Shown piece by piece: positions 56,301-63,600 of a stretch of DNA of 64,000 nucleotides. The stretch lies in contig NMRA01000083.1 in the NCBI GenBank assembly GCA_002633005.1, forward strand, positions 587,161-651,160. Reading direction: 5' to 3'. Position 1 is the first letter of the stretch, and each line of letters opens with the position of its first letter. This DNA is from Phoronis australis (taxonomy: Eukaryota; Animalia; Phoronida). A program made the position numbers and the translations under genes. The notes under the pieces were generated by a model. That model was given only the letters and a program-made list of their open reading frames with translations, ran no database searches and was not told where the DNA came from.

Positions 56301-56885
56301 CTGCACAAGTTATTTATATTCATTTGGTGTTCTATTGTGTACAAAAACTGCATTTCATGGCTACTAAACTTTTGTGATGTCGTCTGGAGAAAGCTGTCTG
56401 TGAACATTTGCGGCCAATACTGTGTGAAAATGTCAAAAATTGTTTTGAAAATTGGCGTTTGCTCGTTAAAGGCTTTGTAGTCTTCTTTTCAAACAACTGA
56501 TAGTATTGTGTTTTATTCATGTGGGTAAATTTTCATTTATCTTAGTTATGAAATGATACTATTTAACTCCACTGATAATAAACACCTAGTAGATTTTTAG
56601 ATACATTTTACTTTATTTTAATCCCTTTTAATTTTTATTGTAGCTTTATCCTACGAAGAGTTGGAAGGCGGGGTTCCCTTGTGGGTCAGTTTGAAAAAGT
56701 CAACGAAAGAATCTGTGTTACAAGCTCTCAAAGACAACATTGTTCAAAATGCCAAACAAAAGGCTTACCTGGATAAACTCCTGGCTGTCGTGATTGAACA
56801 GGCACCCCATCTATTGGAGGCTATTGAAACAGATGAACTAGAACAGGTCATGGACGGGTCAACACAAGATGCTGCTTGGTGCTAA
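7893..56885 (+). CDS. Multi-exon gene (23 coding exons, ~1090 aa): SAM-SAM-RA-RA-coiled coil-PDZ-like-coiled coil-FIP/Rab-binding-domain scaffold
   Basis: Exons c1-c23 (listed separately) join with compatible phases and AG/GT (one GC) splice sites into a stop-free 3273-nt frame, counting one copy of each duplicated exon. Domain motifs recognised by eye. Confidence 0.85.
12789..12833 (+). CDS. Scaffold gene exon c2 (SAM1: DLDGEDLVDFSEQGI)
   Basis: TTTTAG acceptor, G|GTGGGT donor, phase 1-1, SAM 'LDGEDL' motif. Confidence 0.8.
13861..13982. repeat. Degenerate ~20-bp minisatellite (CAAGCTTGAATAATATTGTC) x~6
   Basis: Directly visible tandem units. Confidence 0.8.
14723..14817 (+). CDS. Scaffold gene exon c3 (SAM1 C-terminal helix)
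   Basis: TTCCAG acceptor, CAT|GTAAGA donor, phase 1-0; GNLDIKNIALHNKFEKGLQKL. Confidence 0.85.
15543..15655. repeat. 27-bp VNTR x4 (x2 in the other copy at 17596-17654)
   Basis: Unit AAACTGTGTAGTAGTCACCAATCTCAC. Confidence 0.9.
16647..17165 (+). mobile_element. Truncated THAP-encoding DNA transposon end (Kolobok- or P/Harbinger-associated)
   Basis: TTAA then AAGGGGACTGTAGTC; CCAAT/CRE-like motifs near 16785-16810; ATG 16948 gives MPFCMAPGCSNSSKKASSKGMVIAYHR (THAP N-terminus CxAxGCxN...xHR), after which the frame is lost. Confidence 0.6.
20229..20307 (+). CDS. Scaffold gene exon c4, copy 1 (SAM2 start)
   Basis: VRLWTNAMVLEWLDSVGLDKFKHMFK, a canonical SAM start; phase 0-1; G|GTGAGT donor. 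Confidence 0.85.
20647..20697 (+). CDS. Scaffold gene exon c5, copy 1 (SAM2: AKNITGEQLVNIDIKLL)
   Basis: TTTCAG acceptor, G|GTGAGT donor, phase 1-1. Confidence 0.85.
21087..21640. mobile_element. Tc1/mariner-pogo-like non-autonomous element end (also at ~25460-26020)
   Basis: Terminal motif TATATTCGCCCCAATAAGCGCCC...TTATAAGCGCCC with an internal direct repeat; no second end seen. Confidence 0.4.
21917..22172 (+). CDS. Scaffold gene exon c6, copy 1 (SAM2 end + Ser/Pro-rich linker + basic patch)
   Basis: TTGCAG acceptor; GC donor GG|GCAAGT needed for phase 2; DREEILASIYHL. Confidence 0.8.
24594..24672 (+). CDS. Scaffold gene exon c4, copy 2 (probable allele)
   Basis: Matches 20229-20307 with 2 synonymous changes and M>L. 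Confidence 0.8.
25023..25073 (+). CDS. Scaffold gene exon c5, copy 2 (probable allele)
   Basis: Matches 20647-20697 with K>Q. Confidence 0.8.
26289..26544 (+). CDS. Scaffold gene exon c6, copy 2 (probable allele)
   Basis: Same translation as 21917-22172 and the same GC donor. Confidence 0.8.
27116..27216 (+). CDS. Scaffold gene exon c7 (start of RA1: DCVHIWNN)
   Basis: TTACAG acceptor, G|GTAGGT donor, phase 2-1. Confidence 0.8.
27250..28340 (+). mobile_element. Degenerate Helentron/DINE-1-like element with internal ~140-bp repeats
   Basis: Shares CCCC.AGTGG.AATTTTAGTTTTT and TTCATGAAATTTGG motifs with 36510-37030. Confidence 0.6.
28635..28778 (+). CDS. Scaffold gene exon c8 (RA1 core)
   Basis: VKASESTTCAEVINTLLDQHEITDDFNLYYMVE is a Ras-association signature; phase 1-1; A|GTAAGT donor. 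Confidence 0.85.
29432..29544 (+). CDS. Scaffold gene exon c9, copy 1 (RA1 end)
   Basis: DRELGKFECPLFVQQQW...RLELHKR, a typical RA 'R.L...E.PL....W' motif; phase 1-0. Confidence 0.85.
29567..29910 (+). mobile_element. Non-autonomous TTAA-TSD (Kolobok-like) element
   Basis: TTAA|GGTTATGTAGGACC ... GGGCCCACATGACC|TTAA, i.e. imperfect TIRs with TTAA on both sides. Confidence 0.7.
30420..30582 (+). CDS. Scaffold gene exon c10, copy 1 (RA2)
   Basis: GKSFSLSDRSTSEDALKTALRKIRLRHVDATLFCLMQ, RA-like; phase 0-1. Confidence 0.8.
31195..31307 (+). CDS. Scaffold gene exon c9, copy 2 (probable allele)
   Basis: Two synonymous differences from 29432-29544. Confidence 0.8.
31626..32132. mobile_element. 507-bp hAT-like MITE, 13-bp perfect TIR, 6-bp TSD
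   Basis: CAGGGCTTGGAAT...ATTCCAAGCCCTG; TTGTGT at 31620-31625 and 32133-32138; empty site near 29856; subterminal CCGCG repeats. Confidence 0.9.
32601..32763 (+). CDS. Scaffold gene exon c10, copy 2 (probable allele)
   Basis: Two synonymous differences from 30420-30582. Confidence 0.8.
33532..33655 (+). CDS. Scaffold gene exon c11 (RA2 end)
   Basis: TTTACAG acceptor, AG|GTAACA donor, phase 1-2; DITHIEEEDIIVSLPSDCFVLC. Confidence 0.75.
34266..34326 (+). CDS. Scaffold gene exon c12 (Ser-rich, RRNSS)
   Basis: TTGCAG acceptor, ATT|GTAAGT donor, phase 2-0. Confidence 0.75.
34957..35467. mobile_element. PIF/Harbinger-like MITE
   Basis: TIR AGGGCCTTTCATAC / GTATGAAAAGGCCT (13/14 match), TTA flanking both ends, internal GTATGAA and GTTAAC repeats. 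Confidence 0.7.
36510..37030 (+). mobile_element. Young Helentron/DINE-1-like (HINE) element, truncated by n at 37031
   Basis: Follows a T-run; 5' hairpin ATGCGCCCACATA..TATGTGGACGCAT; (GTCC)n microsatellite ~36554-36620; then ~140-bp repeat units with CCTAGTGGC. Confidence 0.7.
37285..37359 (+). CDS. Scaffold gene exon c13 (Ser-rich linker)
   Basis: TTGTAG acceptor, CAG|GTAGGC donor, phase 0-0; GSANSLASSSSGGLSPR. Confidence 0.65.
38033..38137 (+). CDS. Scaffold gene exon c14 (linker)
   Basis: TTTTCAG acceptor, ATG|GTAAGT donor, phase 0-0, open frame. Confidence 0.7.
40636..40822. repeat. 60-bp minisatellite x3
   Basis: Unit contains TGAAGTCACGCTCATGGAATGGACCCTTGGGCC.ACCAGT.TTGTGGCACAATAT. 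Confidence 0.95.
41139..42690 (+). mobile_element. Old Helentron/DINE-1-like element with multiple internal repeat units
   Basis: Degenerate 5' hairpin and GTCATCTCTGTC, plus recurring CCCC(T)AGTGGCAATTT units. Confidence 0.6.
42311..42618. mobile_element. hAT-like MITE nested in the Helentron-like repeat
   Basis: CAGTGGCGGATTTAGG ... CCTGGATCTGCCCCTA imperfect TIRs; GC-rich subterminal GGCCCCCC motifs. Confidence 0.6.
42707..42799 (+). CDS. Scaffold gene exon c15 (coiled-coil start)
   Basis: TTATAG acceptor, CAG|GTAACA donor, phase 0-0; ILKLQTDYQELVIKTRQ. Confidence 0.7.
43457..43574 (+). CDS. Scaffold gene exon c16 (coiled coil)
   Basis: CACTAG acceptor, G|GTATGT donor, phase 0-1; LCECQHKLNETERLVQETELKYRCKLDGLKKQL. 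Confidence 0.7.
44595..45091 (+). mobile_element. Kolobok-like family copy (another degenerate copy ~42830-43290)
   Basis: Internal motif TCATATGAAACTTTCAGATAC..GCTTTGTGCACT and the end CTTGTCAATGAAGGTCCTAAATACCT|TTAA match 29567-29910. Confidence 0.6.
45252..45522 (+). mobile_element. 5' fragment of the Helentron/DINE-1-like element
   Basis: Clearly homologous to 36510-36820 (hairpin, GTCC repeat, GTGCCCCCTAGTGGCAATTTTAG). Confidence 0.75.
47332..47440 (+). CDS. Scaffold gene exon c17 (coiled coil)
   Basis: Phase 1-2, AT|GTAAGT donor; EVEAKARLIEELRKDLQ. Confidence 0.75.
47921..48044 (+). CDS. Scaffold gene exon c18 (coiled coil)
   Basis: TTGTAG acceptor, CAG|GTAAGC donor, phase 2-0. Confidence 0.8.
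49753..49916 (+). CDS. Scaffold gene exon c19 (PDZ-like, N-terminal part)
   Basis: Ends GCGLKQGD-R with AG|GTAAAA, phase 0-2. Confidence 0.8.
51135..51438 (+). CDS. Scaffold gene exon c20 (PDZ-like C-terminal part + coiled coil)
   Basis: The splice junction creates the PDZ signature GLKQGDRILEVDSINV...IETLL..DKPIRVLVLR; phase 2-0. Confidence 0.85.
51714..51845 (+). CDS. Scaffold gene exon c21
   Basis: TGCCAG acceptor, AAG|GTAGAA donor, phase 0-0; LKQWDDRWRDLRSTLLDM. Confidence 0.7.
52668..52795. repeat. Perfect 26-bp minisatellite x4.9
   Basis: Unit TACAGTGCATGACAAAAGTAATCAAC. Confidence 0.95.
53175..53610. repeat. Degenerate GCGGAATATTACGCAGATTTT repeats followed by two palindrome-bearing units
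   Basis: Short repeats 53175-53330; units starting AATCAATGTGACAGTTGCAGAA at ~53354 and ~53520; perfect 36-bp palindrome 53534-53569. Confidence 0.75.
55457..55529 (+). CDS. Scaffold gene exon c22
   Basis: TTTCAG acceptor, G|GTACTG donor, phase 0-1; supplies the phase required by the last exon. Confidence 0.7.
55684..56199 (-). mobile_element. Kolobok-like family copy
   Basis: GGTCATGTAGTACC ... GGTCCTACATAACC termini; internal sequence is the reverse complement of 29567-29910 motifs. Confidence 0.7.
56644..56885 (+). CDS. Scaffold gene terminal exon c23 (FIP-type Rab-binding domain)
   Basis: TKESVLQALKDNIVQNAKQKAYLDKLLAVVIEQAPHLLE matches the Rab11-FIP/ERC RBD pattern (Y[I/L]D.[L/I]...[I/M]E..P.[I/L]L); TAA at 56883-56885. 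Confidence 0.85.
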
Positions 56886-57069
56886 TCAGTAGATAATGTC
56901 GAGGTGCAGAACTTTACCCGATGCCAAATTTGTGCAAGATGTACTAAAATGAGCATCACATCTGAACACAATTATTATGGTGCACGCAAAAACTTTGTTG
57001 TGGCTCTTTACTGCGGGGAGGTAGCATTGCTACTGTAGTTCTTTGCGTAGCGCACGATATGTGGCCAAC

Positions 57070-57075
57070 AATAAA
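57070..57075 (+). terminator. Candidate proximal poly(A) signal of the scaffold gene
   Basis: AATAAA ~185 nt after the stop codon, followed by T/GT-rich sequence. Confidence 0.4.
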
Positions 57076-57206
57076 AATTAAGTTAAGTTTAGTCCCTTAT
57101 TGTCTTGGTTTGAACTGTGTAATGTCACTGTTATTTGTGGCATGGGAATCAACCTGTTGAAATATTGTCAATTTGGGAAGAATAAGTGAATTACAGTAAT
57201 TAAACC

Positions 57207-57316
57207 AGCAATGGTCCGATATAACATGCACAAATTTTGAGAACCAGTTTTCTCCACTGAATAATGGGCATCAAACTGGTTCTCAAAATACATACACGTT
57301 ATGCCAGACTATTGCC
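57207..57316. mobile_element. 110-bp foldback MITE with 8-bp TSD (Merlin-like)
   Basis: ~44-bp imperfect inverted arms with a perfect 17-bp core (57234-57250 / 57273-57289); ATTAAACC at 57199-57206 and 57317-57324; the right end reads GGCAA on the minus strand. Confidence 0.7.
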
Positions 57317-58663
57317 ATTAAACCAAACGCCCTGAATCAAATGAATTCCACTGATTGTTTCAACCAGAAGATTCACAGCCACAAATTTGATCCATTTTAG
57401 TTCGAAATGTTGAGCTTGACTGAATTAGCACTTAGCAAAACTTCCAAGGTGCGTGCAGCACAACCTTTAAAAACATTATTGACCATCTTAATACACAGAG
57501 TTAATACTCCCAGTGTTACATGATGATGCTATAAACTGAACTGTTTAGTTGTTTTGGTGTCAACAGTGCTATCAGCTCCAAACACTGATAATTGGGTCAA
57601 GTGCTAATCACCAACTTGAAAGCCAAGATTTGTGATAATGATTCTGAAGCTGCACATGAACAGATTTTAGTCTGCAGTGGCTGCGTGACCCATTTCTGGT
57701 TTATTTCAATCACTGCATTTTTTAGTTTTTGAAATTATTGTTGAGATTCTATTTAACAGTGAGTGAAGGTTGGTGTTTTGCAGTCACAGTGCTTGGCCAT
57801 AGATATTTGGTGATATTTCACTAAAATCCATAGTCTCAACAGCTAGCCAAGTCTTATTTTATTACGAAGGAGAAAGTATTTCTAGACTTGCATGGAACAA
57901 AAACAGAAAACCCCCAGTGTGTTTTTGAGATTTTATTTTGCACATTTATATCACACCAAATTTAGTCATGTTATTGATGCAACTGTTTTGCTATAAATGT
58001 ACCAGTCTTTTTTTACAAAGATTTACAAAGCATGTTCTTGTGGCCCAGTCAACAACTATTTGATAAAATGTCAAAAATTAGATTCTGCAGGTTTCCTCCT
58101 TTCAGAAAATACACTTCTACAGTTCGATTTTATAGTTTTCTATATATTTGGCTCAATGGACACACACCTCAATAAATTCTCGAGCAACTGTTTAGAAAAC
58201 TCCATTGTCAATATTTGTACAGACCCGAGAAACCCTAGAATCAAAACAGGAAAATTGCTGAAAACCAAAATGGTCTCACAAACGAGGATAGTCTCTGGTG
58301 AAGTTTCCAGTCAACTTCTTGCAGATGGCAGTGGTCATTTCCGAGTTCCACAAGTCAAGCAGTCGGTCCCTTTCAAAAATTATGGGTATTGCTTAATTCG
58401 TGTTGTATCTCTTTATGTGAAAGTTACTTGATGAACTGTTGGCTCTTCAATCAGTTCGCCTGTAGTAGTAGTAGTGGTTGTTGTAATAATCTTAATTTAA
58501 GAGTCAGTGAAGTTTAACAATGAAACATTAGCACAAGTGTTATTATCCAATAGTGAACCGTTGCGTAAAAGTCCAGTCCTAATTGAACATTATTGTAGCG
58601 TTTACCTTCACAACATCCACTGGTGCTGTGAATTCATCAACTTGGTTGTACTTACACAATATA

Positions 58664-58701
58664 TTTATTATTTAAACATTTTACATCCGTAAAACAATAA
58701 A
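58664..58701. terminator. Opposed candidate poly(A) signals of the two convergent genes
   Basis: TTTATT at 58664-58669 (AATAAA on -) and AATAAA at 58696-58701 (+), at the switch from T/G-rich to A/C-rich strand composition. Confidence 0.45.
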
Positions 58702-59104
58702 AACACATCATTGCTAAACCTTATCACTTCTCTTCCACAAAAACACCAAAAGTCATGCAAGTTTGTTTGGACAACGTTGCTGATTGTTCATACAAATAAT
58801 TAGTGTATAATTCTAAAAATATGATAAAAATATGTTATAATTACAATGACTCGTGTGTTCAGGACAACAAAACTGAACAGCACAAAATTTTGCTTAAAAG
58901 TTAGCGAAACACGCCACACAATTCAAGTAGACTTCAAAGTTTACTTGAATAGTGACGTTCTATTGGTCAAACTTTCAAATTTCCTGTAATCTTGGAGCCA
59001 TATCAGTGTTAGTTACTTCTATGGTCATCCCAAAACAATTTTACTACAAAACAAATTATCTCATCATCTAAAACATACATGGAGTTAAATTTGGTAACCA
59101 CTGG

Positions 59105-59241
59105 CACATACTAGGGTCAATTAGCTTTGAGGCACAGTAGGTCACATGACACATACTAGGGTCAATTAGCTTTGAGGCACAGTAGGTCACGTGACACATA
59201 CTAGGGTCAATTAGCTTTGAGGCACAGTAGGTCACGTGACA
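59105..59241. repeat. 45-bp minisatellite x3 in the presumed 3' UTR of the zinc-finger gene
   Basis: Unit CACATACTAGGGTCAATTAGCTTTGAGGCACAGTAGGTCAC(A/G)TGA. Confidence 0.95.
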
Positions 59242-60625
59242 TCAACAAGAATATGGCTGTGGAGTTGGCTGAATAGCACAATTCACAAGTCTGGTCGCAA
59301 CATTGATGAGGCTGACCACAACTGTGACCCCATCGCTAAAGGCGAATGGGCAACAATTAACTTCCAGTTGGGGGACATTTTGAGAGAAATACTATCTGTT
59401 GGTTTCTTTCTAGGTACTTCTCTGAAACCATCATTAACAGCGGGCTTTTTGAACATTCATCTAATACAATATGTGACTAACAATATAATAAAAATACTAA
59501 ATAAAAGGACCAGGAGTAAAATCTAAACAAGAGTTAATAAAATAAACCTGATAAAACCAGGCCAATTACTCAAATAAACAAGCTTAAAACAAACAGCAGA
59601 CTCCCCCAATTGTGTTTCATTACACTGAGCCTACAAAGAATATGCACTTTACGGAAATTTAAGGCTACTGCGAGCTAACAATAACTAATTTTTTTTAAAT
59701 GTTTTCAGCTTCTTGTGTATCAAAATCATGGTAAAAATACTTAAAACACAAAACAACAGAGATCCAATGTCCATTTGGACACAGTACTACTTTCACTGCA
59801 CATCAAAAGCCAAAAATGTTTATTAGAAGATATTGACCTGGAGTCCACTAAAAAACTGAGTAAGAGATCAAATCTATGGAGCCTGGAGATTGCTCTGTTA
59901 ACCAACTTGAAATTGTGTAAAAATAAAGAACTGGGAATGCGATATGTCTTAAGAGAACACCCATCACAGAAGACGGCCTCGTGGATTTTACAAAGCTGGT
60001 TCCAACTTCATGAAATTCATAGCATTCATTAAATATTCATAGCTACGGGATAGCCGTAATAAGATTTGTTAATTAAAGATACACCAGTACCTGTTAAGAA
60101 TAACAATTTAAGTCGGCATTAAACCTGTGCTTTCTGTCAAAAACAAGTTTTGATTGAGCCCACTTACTGTTGGTCTCAAATAATTCCTAAGTCAAAATAA
60201 GTGCGATTTCAGGATGTGATCTGAAATTTCATGTTTCAGTGTAACCTGAAACTTTATGAGCTCGGTGTGAAGAAATAAACGAAGTCAGTTATTCATGAAT
60301 CCAGAGATCAATGCTAAACTGAACAGAGAAAAGAACAAGAGCAATTTTATAAGAGTAAGGGGCCTAAAAATTTGTTTTTTGACTGAAAGCACGGCTTTAA
60401 TGCTGCTTTAACAAAGTTCTAGACAAGCTGTGTATTTTTTGGTCAAGACATTTAGGCCAATAGATATGTTTCCGTAGCAGAATGCAGAGAATGGAAACTC
60501 CTCAACAATTTTGTAAATACTTGAAGAGATCCGTGGAATATGAGATGCCATACGATATGATCATGAACAGAAACACTAAAACACAATACAAAATACGAAT
60601 ATCGAAGTCCAGTCAGACCTAGACA

Positions 60626-63600
60626 TCACTGAATTTCCGTTTTCTTCTCGTCACCATGCACTGCAGCAATATGCTTTTCCATCAGTGCAAATGATTCAAA
60701 CATCTCTAAACAGTGTGTGCATACATGGAGAGAACTGTCCTGACTAGGTACCAAAGGAGGGGGCTCCTTTACTGCCGTCTCGTGAATGAAAGCATGATTC
60801 TGCAACTCGGCACTGAAATAGAATGTATGGTTGCACTCAGTACAGGCATAAGGTCGGGTGTTTGCAGGATGAGTCAGCACGTGTTGTTGAATGTCAACGG
60901 CAGACGGCAGCACCGTATTGCAGATGCAGCATGTCATGGGTGACTCCTCGTAGCTGTGCTCGATCAGATGTAGCTGAAGTTTGGCTGGCGAGTCCAGCGT
61001 CATCTTGCATAGCTTGCACTCGTGTGTATTGCCTTCCTGTTTGACGTGAGTGGCCACGTGTTCGGCAATCTCCTCTTTGGTGGCAAACGATTGCTGACAT
61101 TTAATGCACTGAAATACACTATGTTCGTGTGTGACAGAGTGCTGTGATAACTGCTCAGCTGAAGGGAACACCAGGTTACACTTGGAACACTGGTGAAGCA
61201 CAGTCAACTTGGCATTAAATACCTCACACGATGCACAGATATTGCATTCCACACCGTCGACATCAACTTTGCTAGATAGTTTTTTCTCAGCGAACATCTT
61301 CTTGCAAACAGAGCATGGCTGTGGCTGATTATTCTTACACTGATGTGTTGCCAACCCTCTTGATGACTCAAACTTCAAATTACAGTGTGGGCAGCGTGGC
61401 TTCAACCTGACTTTGTCTGTGTTATGATTCTTATTCAGATCCACCTCTTTATAACATGTCTTGCACATGTACACATCGCCAAAGGGCGACTTGGCCCGAT
61501 TAATTAGGTTGTTCTTACTGGAGAACTGTCGATCACACATACAACAGGAGAACAGCGTCTTGTCCTGAGGAGAGGCTACACGTTTCTGTATGAGCGAGTT
61601 GACCTTGAGAGAGTGCTGGACAGTGGTCAAGTGCACCTCGAACTGCTGCTTGCTTCTGAACGCCTTCCTACAATAGTTGCAAATGAAGGCGTCCAATGAA
61701 AACTCGTCTCCGGCATAGCACGGTTTACACACAAAGTACGGCCTGCCGACAGAGTTCATCTTGAAGACCAGGTTGTCCTTGGTGTTGAAAGACTTGAGGC
61801 AGACGCAGCAACTGAAGAGAGCAGACGATGTCTGGAAGTGGTACTTGGCATGCATCTGCAGCTCTGTGTTTGACGCCAGAGTCTGGCAGCAGACGATACA
61901 CTTGTCACATGACCCCTGTACACCATGGCGGCTTGAGTGGCAGTGATACTGCTCTTCATTCTTCAGTGCTGTCTTACACACAACACAGATGTTGCCCTGG
62001 GGAACTTTGCAATGCTGTAGTTTGTGTTCTGCCAGTACGGTGGCGTTGGAGAAGGACTCATCACAAATGTTACACTTCAAATTGTTGGCCGTGATGTGAA
62101 TGCGCACGTGCTTCTCTAACTCGGCCTTAGACTTGAAACTCTGTCGGCAGTAGAGACAAGTATGCCGGCTTCCCTGCTGTGTGGAGACTGACAAGGGGGT
62201 CATGTGACTAGGGATTGTGTGACCTTGTGGCGACTGTGCTGAACTGGTGGACCCATTGGCAGCTAGCTTGAGTTGGTGAGTCTCACTATGGTGTGCCTGT
62301 AGTGAGTGGGCATCGGTGAAGACATCATCACAAATCTCACATTTGAATGACTTTTTTAAAAACAAACTCTTTGAATTGCTGTTGGACGACTCATGCGGAG
62401 ACGTCGATGTCGTTTTGTTACTTAGATCCATAACTTCGTCAACAGGCGACTTTACTTCAGGAGACATCATAGTGTCCTCTTTGGAATGAACCATCTGAAC
62501 ATGCTTGTCCAGCAAGAACTCCACATGAAACGCTTCATTGCACATCATACATTTGAATTGCTTGCTGTGTGTCGCCATATGTTTCTGCAAGTCACCGTCG
62601 CTGGCAAAGCTATCCTTGCACAGCAAGCAGCGATATGGCTTGCCCACTTTGAGATGACTGACCTTTACGTGCAGTGTCCATTCCATCTCTGAGTGGAACA
62701 ACAAGTTGCACATGGAACACTTGTGAATCTTGCACTCATTGCTGTGCTTAACAGCAAAATGCACTTGAATGCTCACTTTAGAATCAAACACCTCGCTGCA
62801 TAAGGAACATTTGTACAAATGGTGAGCGTGAATGTCCATCAGGTGCTTTTGCAGCTCGTCCGGTCTACTGAACAATTTCAGGCACTCTAAACACCCATAT
62901 TCAGTGGACAAAGCCAAAAAGTGAGTCATAAAATGATTCTCAAGAGCATCCTCAGAGGTGAATACAGCGCCACACTTTGGGCAGGAGAAATCCTCAACTT
63001 GCTGGTGAATTTTCATGTGGACTTGATAAGACCAGGGCTCCTTGAATGTGGCATTACAATGGTCACATGTTCGTGGAGACCAAGATTCCTTGGTGCTGTT
63101 AGAGTCACTGTTTGGACCAATGGGTGATGTCAAGTCTGGCTGGGATGTACTTGGCGACTCATCTGACAGCGAGTCATCATTTTTATTCTTCAGCGACTTG
63201 CTGAACCTTGACAGCTGAGGAATCTTTAAAGATAATGCCCCAGAAAACTTGGACGACCGCATCGTGCCACTGCCATTCTTGGAGTTGAATAATAGATCCG
63301 TCAACCTGCTAGCGTTATTAGCCTCTTTATGAGCTGCATTTTTGTGCTTGGCCAACGAGCGATGACTAGAGAACATGGCTGGGCAGTGGCGACACTTGAA
63401 GCTCTCACTTTCTGCACTGTCGCTGTTCTCGTGAATCTTATCAATGTGATCATTGAGGATAGGAACAGTAGGAAACATGGCATCGCACTTTGGACAAGAG
63501 TACATCTGCACTGACTTGCCTGCGTGAAACAAATTAATATGGCGTTCCAACAACTCGATGGTTTCAAACGAATGCCGTAAACTCTGCTTCGCACAATGAG

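Noticed and set aside
57997-58431. 144-aa ORF between the convergent genes
   Set aside because: No recognisable motif and UTR-like composition; most likely a chance ORF in the 3' UTR.
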